In this document: piece after piece, positions 37,201-44,587 of the stretch
How positions within the stretch are numbered: the first letter of the stretch is position 1
Layout of the letters: every line of letters starts with the position of its first letter
DNA from: Candidatus Eiseniibacteriota bacterium
Lineage (GTDB): Bacteria; Eisenbacteria; RBG-16-71-46; CAZAMP01
Direction: 5' to 3'
Assembly (NCBI GenBank): GCA_965224245.1
Contig: OZ245046.1
Span: 32,001 to 96,000 of the forward strand
Length of the DNA stretch: 64,000 bases
The notes under the pieces: model-generated
Told to the model about the DNA's origin: nothing
Seen by the model: the letters and a program-made list of their open reading frames with translations, nothing else
The model's database searches: none
Translations under genes and position numbers: made by a program

Positions 37201-39320
37201 GGGTAGCGAAGCGGTTGATCACGCTTCAGCTGATCCAGGCGCGCGTAGCCGCCGATGACCGTCTCGTACTCGTCCTTCAGGTTGAGTGCGTAGTGTCCGA
37301 ACTCGTGCGCGAACGTCGCCGGCCATCCCGAGCTCAGGGTCTGCTCCACGTAGAAGTGCTCGTTGTCGGACCAGTCGTCACAGTCCATGAACTGACCGGT
37401 GTCCGCGTGCGGGTGCACCGAGTGGAGGATGTGCACGTCGACGTCGTCCCAGCGCTGGTGAGCGTCGTAGATCACGACGCGCCCCAGCGCGATCTGTCCG
37501 TCGCTGGCGTTGAAGAGGTAATTGGATGCGTCCTGAAGAGCCGTCGCCAGGTCGCTCCAGTAGGCGTCTCCCGTCGGGATGTCCCACTCGGTGGCGATGC
37601 CGAGGTCGTAGCGGTAGAGGGTGTGCCTCAGCGAGAGATCGATCGGCGAGGTCTGTCCGGTGATGAGGTGCGTGTGGTAGTCCCCCTGCGCATCCATCAC
37701 GTCGGTGTCGAGGTAGAGCTGTCGGCCCAGATCCGAGTAGAGCTCACCGTTGTAGCCGCGGCAGGTGTTCCACGACTTCGCCTTCCACCAGGCACGCACC
37801 CGATCTCCGATCTTCAGCCCGGTGGCGGTGAAGTTCCCGTTCGCGTCGGTGGTTCCCTCGGGAAAGAACCCGATGCCACGGTCGAGCTCCACGGTCGCGC
37901 CGACGATGTCCTGAGTGCCGAAGGCGACGTGGATCGTGGCCTGGAAGCTCCCCGGATCGCTCGGCGTGGTGATCGATCCGCTCTCCACCCACGCCGAGAA
38001 GCCGTACTGGTTGTACGCCCGGATCCGGTACCAGTACACGTGCTCGCTGAGAAGGCCCTGGTCGAGACGGAACTGGAGGCTGGCGGAGGTGTGCGGAAGC
38101 AGGTCGACGTACGGAACGAACTCACCGTCGCGCCGCTGGATCTGGAATCCCATCTCCTCCGACGAGTTGTCCGACCACGTGAGGAAGACGGCCGAGGGTG
38201 CCGGGATGCCCATGAAGTCGGAGGGGGCCGCGGGTACGATTCCGGGCGTGGCGGTCGTGTAGTTCGAGACGTCCGATTGCTCCCCCGGCGCGACGGCGAC
38301 GAGGCGGTAGTAGTAGGGCTGGTCCTCGAGTACGGTGGCGTCCTCCCAGGACGTGGCGTCCCCGGGCGCAACGTACATGAGCTCCCAGCTTCCACCCGGA
38401 CCCTCCTTTCGTTCGACGCGATAGCTCTCCGCGAACGGGGAGTCGTCGTCCCAGGAGACGAGCACCGAGGACGGATCGATCGTGGAGGCCTGCACGTTCG
38501 ACGGAGGAGCCAGGGGAGCGCAGGGGTCGGGATCACAGGAGAGTACACCGGCGTGCCACTCGCCACCCATCTCGAGGCACGTCGTCTCGAGCGTGAGCGA
38601 GCACTCGTCGGTGACGGGATCACAGCACGCCGCGAGCGCGGGAGCATCACCTCCGACGCGGATGCTCGAGACGTACCAGCCCGGACCGGTCACGCTGATG
38701 TCCGAGCCGAAGTCGAGCTCGATGGCGATGCTCTGGCCCATGAATGCGGAGAGATCGAAGCAGTCCGTGCGCCAGCCACTGCTGGATCCGGTCCAGCCGG
38801 GCTCGCCGTCGACGCACCACGGCGTGTAGGAGGGGGACGGAGAGATCTCAGGGACGGTGTAGCCGGCGATCGGTGCCACCACCGTTCCGTGCGGATCGAT
38901 GGTGACGTTCGCACCATCGTACTCCCACTCCATGTCGAACGTGTGGGTGACCTCCACGAGGTAGCTCTCGGAAGTGACGGTGAACGTCGGAGACCGCAAC
39001 CCGCTCCCGGCATCATTGGGATAATCGGCGAGGAGTACGGTGCCCCACACCGGCGTCCCCGAGAGCTCGCTGAGGCCATGCTCCCACACCGGCAGCCCGC
39101 TCGCGTCGCAGTCCACCGGTACGAACCCGTGATCGTCCTCCGCGAAGTCCCAGTCCTGGCTCACCGACTCGATCGCGCAGAGTTCGGCCGGTCGCTGTCG
39201 ACCCGTCGGCACGACGGGCTTGTCGGAGTCCGTGTCCGCCACGCTCGCGACGGGGATGATGAGGAACACGGCGACGAGGGCGAGGCGCGTGGCCGGCCCG
39301 TGGCGATGGCCCAGCGGCAT
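34242..39320 (-). CDS. large secreted multidomain metalloprotease: beta-sandwich, FN3 repeats, CLCA-like HExxH domain, dockerin-like, cohesin-like and FlgD domains
   Basis: Signal peptide; FN3 motifs; ASNYLFNASDGQ...HEFGHYALNLKDEY; ADFTSDGIVGVDDL/FDLNGDD; QNRPNPF..WDGR..GVYFVRL. Confidence 0.85.
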   Translation of the reverse strand: MPLGHRHGPATRLALVAVFLIIPVASVADTDSDKPVVPTGRQRPAELCAIESVSQDWDFAEDDHGFVPVDCDASGLPVWEHGLSELSGTPVWGTVLLADYPNDAGSGLRSPTFTVTSESYLVEVTHTFDMEWEYDGANVTIDPHGTVVAPIAGYTVPEISPSPSYTPWCVDGEPGWTGSSSGWRTDCFDLSAFMGQSIAIELDFGSDISVTGPGWYVSSIRVGGDAPALAACCDPVTDECSLTLETTCLEMGGEWHAGVLSCDPDPCAPLAPPSNVQASTIDPSSVLVSWDDDSPFAESYRVERKEGPGGSWELMYVAPGDATSWEDATVLEDQPYYYRLVAVAPGEQSDVSNYTTATPGIVPAAPSDFMGIPAPSAVFLTWSDNSSEEMGFQIQRRDGEFVPYVDLLPHTSASLQFRLDQGLLSEHVYWYRIRAYNQYGFSAWVESGSITTPSDPGSFQATIHVAFGTQDIVGATVELDRGIGFFPEGTTDANGNFTATGLKIGDRVRAWWKAKSWNTCRGYNGELYSDLGRQLYLDTDVMDAQGDYHTHLITGQTSPIDLSLRHTLYRYDLGIATEWDIPTGDAYWSDLATALQDASNYLFNASDGQIALGRVVIYDAHQRWDDVDVHILHSVHPHADTGQFMDCDDWSDNEHFYVEQTLSSGWPATFAHEFGHYALNLKDEYETVIGGYARLDQLKRDQPLRYPSNFGFMDVETGTTEMSSRNDYLTNYDYGCAWISCWEVETEQLSVRGKSCWEQLEGQLEGDSGYADIVTPQAGWFVNGASTSPDRAGPTAFIGLFGYGIDNGGTRLPPTIEVEIADAGPGSFSSTVRVSDERGPAAGARVYGRRGETLTFLGETDPRGWLHAVGLKEGDALSAYLRTGTRTRHGALAGLTSRDAGSELALRLSDEPEGGEAESSAPAERGAGADGPGASVSLAPTGTTADAGFEIDVWADESLADEPTVTCFCGSAVTMISMEYVPSEDRWTGTYAFDLDDPLFDRTGTLEIWLEGTSGGTSIFTTAFVVDEAEASAYYEAHLGSSELNVPGDELESTQLVIAASSNAVAHGAAAQGLLQVSDLYAVHLVADDVFAGAGGMNLAYDDSLLAGIDETTLAAFRWNEVTRTWDPLLDGLVSTRSNVVSAPVPGGGVYAVLGTAMSDDLVPPGRIDDLGAVGVPGGGTIEVLWTATGDDGLAGTLEGYVVAYADSPLVETDWDLYPQIAITATPGAPGSPESAVLELPEEGHLYHLAIRGKDEASNLSPLSNVAFAVSGASDPNRLPAPPTDMRAVDTPGDGGGSVTLTWDLSLDDGAGKDTVTGYRIYRGAPPSTLLDSLDTVPASTDAYVDPGVENRTTYTYWVSAIDGVHETIGPSNLALPAVNVGVPVADFTSDGIVGVDDLSHLLTIFARDATDPEFDPLFDLNGDDVLHDADADSLETHFGEGGVPTSDPPGENGLANVYYETIPAGGTNWLVNVSVQNVSNLAGYSLAVTYPAGSMTFVSAMPDSGGSAGNILTRNGGETPVFVTTLPETPPGRVLVANALQRPSESVAPEGDGFLAQLLFDGTGAEMISVDEIVLLDHERRLDVIPTGLLAGQDPGAVALRPFLAQNRPNPFRKGTRFRFGLVERSPISLRVYDVQGRQVRSLVSGTLEPGVHDVTWDGRSTAGLGIAPGVYFVRLESASWILTRKLVRLP

Positions 39321-39544
39321 GGCCAGTCCTCCGCGGTGGGGGAGAGGGGTTCAGCTCGCGGACATGCGCGGCGGCCGGTCGTCGATCGATCCGGGCCGTC
39401 GTTGATTGCCCGTGCAAATCGCAATCGGATTCTCGCATGGATGAGTCGCGAAGCGAAACGCACCGGCGGGACGTGGCTGCCTGACGTCTCGGAAACTACG
39501 TATGGACGCGCCGGCGTGGCAGAGAGGGATCCGCGACGGTCGAC

Positions 39545-41716
39545 CTAGTCGATCCGGGTCACGCGCTGGACGACGCGGGTTCGCTGCCCGTGAGCTCGCA
39601 CGAGATAGACGCCCGCGGGCACCGGCCGGCCATCGTCGTCGGTGCCGTCCCAGAACACCTCGTGTATCCCGGACGGCAGCTGTTCCCGGCACAGGAGCTC
39701 CCGGACGAGCCGGCCGGACACGTCGTACACGCGGAGCCATGCCGTGTCTCTCCTCACCAGGCCGAGCTGGAGCGCCGTGCCGGCATGGAAGGGGTTCGGG
39801 TAGCTCGTGAGCGTCGCGGGCGCGACCGCCGGCAGGCCCGGGGTGGTGAGCGGCCCTCTCGTGTCCACGATCAGAGGGAGACGCACCGTGTAGACGACGT
39901 CGGCCGGGTCCTGGTAGTGAGCCTCCATGATCACGAGGAACCAGTCGGGCGCGGTCGGAGACAGCTCGAGCTGGTACGTGTTGAGCCCCTCGCCGATCGA
40001 TCCCGGTGGGAGATCCCCGTACACGGCTCCGGGGCGGATCAGCGTGACGAACGGTGGGACCTCGACGAGCTCGGCGGAGACGTTCCGCGCGCCGTGCGCG
40101 CCGGAGTTCCGCAGCTCCACGAGCAGCTCGAGAAGCGATCCGTCCCACTCGACCACGACGAAGCCGGTCACACGCAGGAACGTCCAGGCACGCTTCACCT
40201 CCTCGCATTCCGAGAACTCCGAGGTGGTACCGAAGCTCGTGGCCCGGTCCGCAGCCGTGGACGTGATCAGAGCGCCGATGTCGGGACCGCCCTCGTCGAT
40301 CGTGTACGTGAACGTGCGTGACCAGTAGAACGCCGTGGTCAGGTCGACGTTCCCGAGGTACGTCTCGCCCTCGCCGAAACCGGACGGATCACAGGTGTCG
40401 TTGGTGAACAGCTCGATGCGATAGTCATGACTCATGCGACTCTCCAGGTATCCCGTGACCATGACGCGTCCGGTCGCGGCCTCGCGGTCCACGGACGTGA
40501 TGACCGGGAAGTTCTGAAGCTCGTTCCCGCCGACGTCGCCGTCCACGATGTCGTTGGGCGTGACGCCGTCGTCGTCGAGATCGATCCCGATGTCGCCGTT
40601 GTCGACGATGGAGTTCTTCCAGATCCCGTTCCCCGACGCGCCGGTGACGATCACGCCCTTTCCCTGGTTCGACTGGATCAGGTTGTAGGCGATGAAGTTG
40701 TCCACGCCCAGCACCTCGACGCCCGTGACGGAGTTGTACATGATGATGTTGCCCTGATCCGCGCCGTACCCGCCGATCCAGTTGTTGTCGGCGTCCATGT
40801 ACACGCCGACCTCGTTCCCGAGGGCGGTCGAGCCGTCGGCGTTCGTGCCGATGTAGTTTCCCTCCACCAGATTGCTCTCCGAGATCCCCGTGATCTCGAC
40901 CCCGTGGGTGGCGCCGGCGAGCACGTTGGGTTCGCCGGCCTCGTGGCCACCGATGAAGTTGGCGAAGGCGCCGTCGATGCAGACCCCTGCCTGGAATCCA
41001 CTGAGGACGGTGCTTCCTCCGGGATCGGTTCCCACGAGGTTCCCCTGAACGTAGTTGTAGAGTGAACCGCCGCCCTCGATGTGAACGCCACACTCGTTGC
41101 CGCCGTCCGACGGCGCGATCACGTTGATCTCGGTGGGAGACGTTCCCCCGATGAGGCAGTAGGCCGAGTAGTAGAGCAGCACGCCGTTCTCCACGCCGAT
41201 CACGTTCCCGCCGGCGTCGATCCCGAGGCGATTGCCCCACACGTGGACGTTCTCGGATTCCTCCACGTAGATCGCCGCGCCGGTGTAGCGCGTGATCGAG
41301 AGCCCGGAAATCTCGGTGTCGTCGGCGCCGATCACCGAGAGTCCGTAGAACGTCGTGCCGTGGAGCTCGATCATGAAGACGGCGTCGGTGCCCATGCCGA
41401 GCCCGAGCGTGTTCACGCTGGCTCCCGGCTGCGAGTAGCCGTCGATGACGACGGTCTCGGTGATGTCCGGGCTGGACTCGGTGATGAGATGGGGACCGGG
41501 TCCGTACGTGGACTCGGGGACGTCGAACTGGATCGTGTCGGCGCCCGGGTTCGTGTTTGCCGCGTCGACGGCCTCGGCCAGGGAGAGGCCCGTGCCGGAC
41601 CCGGACTCGAGGCGGTCCACGGTGTAGGTGGCCGCCTCGACCTCACGCGTGGTGATGGTCGCAAGCGAGAGGACCACGAGGGGTAGCACCCTGCGGACGG
41701 CGTCGTTGTAGTCCAT
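39545..41716 (-). CDS. secreted parallel beta-helix protein with FlgD/T9SS-like C-terminal domain
   Basis: ANTNPGADTIQF, IDGYSQPGA, GNYIGTNADG repeats, GIDLDDDGVTPND..NELQNFPVI, YPNPF..WDGTDDDG. Confidence 0.9.
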   Translation of the reverse strand: MDYNDAVRRVLPLVVLSLATITTREVEAATYTVDRLESGSGTGLSLAEAVDAANTNPGADTIQFDVPESTYGPGPHLITESSPDITETVVIDGYSQPGASVNTLGLGMGTDAVFMIELHGTTFYGLSVIGADDTEISGLSITRYTGAAIYVEESENVHVWGNRLGIDAGGNVIGVENGVLLYYSAYCLIGGTSPTEINVIAPSDGGNECGVHIEGGGSLYNYVQGNLVGTDPGGSTVLSGFQAGVCIDGAFANFIGGHEAGEPNVLAGATHGVEITGISESNLVEGNYIGTNADGSTALGNEVGVYMDADNNWIGGYGADQGNIIMYNSVTGVEVLGVDNFIAYNLIQSNQGKGVIVTGASGNGIWKNSIVDNGDIGIDLDDDGVTPNDIVDGDVGGNELQNFPVITSVDREAATGRVMVTGYLESRMSHDYRIELFTNDTCDPSGFGEGETYLGNVDLTTAFYWSRTFTYTIDEGGPDIGALITSTAADRATSFGTTSEFSECEEVKRAWTFLRVTGFVVVEWDGSLLELLVELRNSGAHGARNVSAELVEVPPFVTLIRPGAVYGDLPPGSIGEGLNTYQLELSPTAPDWFLVIMEAHYQDPADVVYTVRLPLIVDTRGPLTTPGLPAVAPATLTSYPNPFHAGTALQLGLVRRDTAWLRVYDVSGRLVRELLCREQLPSGIHEVFWDGTDDDGRPVPAGVYLVRAHGQRTRVVQRVTRID

Positions 41717-42089
41717 GTCGGTTCTCCTCCCGCCGGTCGCCGCCTCGCGTCCACGCCCGGGGAGCGAGCTGACGCCGTTCACCGCCTCGTCGAGCTCGTG
41801 CTGGCTCGGATCGACGGCTGGGCGTCTGGTCCCGGAGCCCACGCGAGATGGTCCCGCGTGCGCGTGATCTCCTCGACGAGACGTGCGGAATCCTCATCGA
41901 GCATGTGCAATCGCGCGAGGGCCAGAATTCCGTAGTATCCAGAGACTCTCAACATTACCAGATTATAGCCCACGGTCTCCGTGCTGGGCAGGGCGCCAGG
42001 CAGCCAGGGGCCCGCGACGATGTTCGTGCCTGGGCGGGATTCATCGAAGAGCGTGCAGGATCGACGATCCCCGGAGGTTCCGGAGCCGA

Positions 42090-42107
42090 ATGATGCACTC
42101 GCATCAT
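42090..42107. promoter_or_regulatory. palindrome ATGATGC-actc-GCATCAT (copy 4 of 4)
   Basis: Arms extend to 8 bp (42089-42108); followed by TTGCCC(42107-42112)-17 bp-GAGTAT. Confidence 0.6.
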
Positions 42108-42221
42108 TGCCCAGATCACCATGTCAGTCGAGTATGCTCTCATTCGGATCGTTATCGAAAGGCACACGTTTCGATGTCCCTCGGCCACACCCGATCCAGC
42201 CCGGCGTGAGAGGGAGGATGC

Positions 42222-44573
42222 ATGTCGACGACCGACTTCGGCTCGAGCGCCACGGACCCTCGACAGGTTCGACAGCTTCTCGTGCGGCTCGACGCCAGTG
42301 TGCCGCCCGACGAGATCGGTGCGGATGGTGCCGACCTCGACATCTTCGCCGAGGTCCTCGCGCGGCATCCCGATCTGACCATTCGCCAGTGCTTCCCGAG
42401 GTTCGTGCGACGGCTTCGCGTGCGCCACAAGGGCCATGTGCCTGCGCCGAGGGGTCAGCCGGAGCGAAGGCTCGATCTTTTCTTTCGCGTGACCGTGCCG
42501 GACCCGAGGATGGATCTGAACCGACTGCTCGCGGAGATCCGGGCAGAGAATGGGATATCGGACGTACGTCACATCATCCCGGCGTCGTCGAAACCGCCCG
42601 CGGCCGACTGCTCGGTGAGCGATCTACAGGGCTACCATCGTCGGAGCATCCATCATGGCATCGACACGTGCTATGCGTGGAACGTGACCTCCGATCCGCC
42701 GGGTTTGCCGAGCGGCGGGGGCGCCGGCGAACGGGTCGTCGTCTGCGTCGTGGACTTCGATTTCGGGACGGGTCACGTGAACGGCGCGGAGGTCACCACG
42801 ACGCTGGGTACCCCGACTGGAGGGAACAACAACTACGAGCGACACGGCTGCATGGCGCTCGGGGTTCTCGGGTCGCCCGGTAATGGTGACGAGGAGCTGC
42901 GCGGAATCTGTCCAGAGGCGACCCTGTGCTTCTCGTATGTCGAGGAAGAGACCTCGGGTCATCCACTGTCGGAACGTGCCGACGAGGCGATCGACCGTGC
43001 GCTCGAGCTCCTCGATGAGACCATGAGAACTGGGCTGGGAGCTGTGCTCGTCATCGAAGCGCAGCTGGACACGTTGAGCTCCGTCGAGGTGATCCCGCAC
43101 GGGGGCGGTCCGGAGATGCTGCCGGCGGAGGCGAACGTGCAGGTGTACAGCGCGCTGGCCACGGCCGCGTCGGAGGGAGTCACCGTGGTCGAGGCCGCGG
43201 GCAACGGGGACAAGGAGTTCGTGAAGATCGTCGACGGGGACACGGAGTACTGGGACCCGAACCCGGCTGACGGGACCTCGTCGGGTGCCATCATGGTGGG
43301 GGCCGGCCACGCCACCACTCACGAGTGCGTCTCACAGGGAAACTGGGGCCCGCGCGTGGACTGCCAGGGCTGGGGCCACAACGTCTTCGCGCCCGCCGTT
43401 CCCAGCGTCACCGGTGACGTATCGTTCGGCGACGCCGGATCCTACGATCCGAACTTCAACGGGACCTCGTCCGCGACCGCGATTGTCGGAGGCGTCGTCG
43501 CGGTGCTTCAGGGCGCGTTTCACGCGGTGAACGGTTCCTTTCTCGATCCGGCCGAGATTCGCGAGATGCTCCGGGACCCGAACCTCGGGCACCCGGACCC
43601 ACTGGACGAGATCGGTCCCCTGCCGGATCTGTATCGGCTTCTCTGCACGTCTCTCGGTATCTGTACCGATCTCTTCGTTCGCGACGATGACGAGGACACG
43701 GGTAGGCGTCCACTGGGCGCGACGACGCTGCCACCGGAACCGATCTTCTCCTTCGCCAGCCCGGACATCTTCGTCCAGCCGACCGAGATGGGCGTCGGCG
43801 GCGACTTCGAGGCGGGGGCCGCACACTCCGCCCGCAGCCACCCGCGTGTGAGCGGCGGCGAAAACCATGTCTACGCCCGTGTGATGAATCGAGGGCGAGG
43901 TGCCGACAGCGGTCGGCTGTCGATCTTCTGGTCCGAGCCCAGCTCGTTCCTGCATCCCCGATGGTTGAAGATCGCGGCGGAGCCCGGGTCGTTCCCCTGC
44001 ATCCGCCCCGGGAGCGAGTCGATCGTACACGTCCCCTGGGATGCACCGTTCGGGGATGCCGGCGAGCACTGCGCGCTCGTGGCCGTGGTGGAGCCGAGTC
44101 GTGGCGGTGTCGTCCACCTCGATGCCGCGATGACGACAGCCGAGTACCGTGACCTTCTCGTCAGCAGGAACGACGTGGGGATTCGCAACGTACATGTGGG
44201 GCACGTCGAGGGTGGTGACGTGTCGTTCCGGTATCACCTGCGCGGACAGCCCGAAGGCCCGGCGACCTTCAGGCTGAACTTCACGACGGACGTGCCGGCG
44301 GACGCGCTGGAACTCAAACCGGATACGACCGTGACGTTCGTCAGAGGCGACCGGGAGCTGAGGCTCACGTCGGAACGAGTCACGTCGTTGGATCTGGGCG
44401 ATGCCGAGGTTGATGTCGAGCTCGCCATGAACGCCGAAATCATCTTCGACCTCGTCGTGACGCTGCCCCGGACGGCACCTCCGGGTCAATACACCCTGAC
44501 GATCGATCAGTACCTCGGAGCACTTCAGCTGGGACGCTGCACCTACGTCATCGTGGTTCCGTCTGTCACCTGA
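42222..44573 (+). CDS. S8 (subtilisin-like) serine peptidase with C-terminal beta-sandwich domains
   Basis: VCVVD, HGCMALG, EAAGNG, FNGTSSAT; RBS GGAGG. Confidence 0.88.
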   Translation: MSTTDFGSSATDPRQVRQLLVRLDASVPPDEIGADGADLDIFAEVLARHPDLTIRQCFPRFVRRLRVRHKGHVPAPRGQPERRLDLFFRVTVPDPRMDLNRLLAEIRAENGISDVRHIIPASSKPPAADCSVSDLQGYHRRSIHHGIDTCYAWNVTSDPPGLPSGGGAGERVVVCVVDFDFGTGHVNGAEVTTTLGTPTGGNNNYERHGCMALGVLGSPGNGDEELRGICPEATLCFSYVEEETSGHPLSERADEAIDRALELLDETMRTGLGAVLVIEAQLDTLSSVEVIPHGGGPEMLPAEANVQVYSALATAASEGVTVVEAAGNGDKEFVKIVDGDTEYWDPNPADGTSSGAIMVGAGHATTHECVSQGNWGPRVDCQGWGHNVFAPAVPSVTGDVSFGDAGSYDPNFNGTSSATAIVGGVVAVLQGAFHAVNGSFLDPAEIREMLRDPNLGHPDPLDEIGPLPDLYRLLCTSLGICTDLFVRDDDEDTGRRPLGATTLPPEPIFSFASPDIFVQPTEMGVGGDFEAGAAHSARSHPRVSGGENHVYARVMNRGRGADSGRLSIFWSEPSSFLHPRWLKIAAEPGSFPCIRPGSESIVHVPWDAPFGDAGEHCALVAVVEPSRGGVVHLDAAMTTAEYRDLLVSRNDVGIRNVHVGHVEGGDVSFRYHLRGQPEGPATFRLNFTTDVPADALELKPDTTVTFVRGDRELRLTSERVTSLDLGDAEVDVELAMNAEIIFDLVVTLPRTAPPGQYTLTIDQYLGALQLGRCTYVIVVPSVT

Positions 44574-44587
44574 TCGGCAGCGGAGAG

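Noticed and set aside
35577-39548. Very long antisense or alternate-frame ORFs (for example 35577-39548 +, 47701-50322 -, 15245-17137 -, 56692-58521 -)
   Set aside because: These are shadows of real genes on the opposite strand, expected at this GC content, with no recognisable motifs.
41779-41973. 64-aa minus-strand ORF upstream of the beta-helix gene
   Set aside because: No RBS or family motif; it overlaps probable promoter sequence and is at most a gene remnant.
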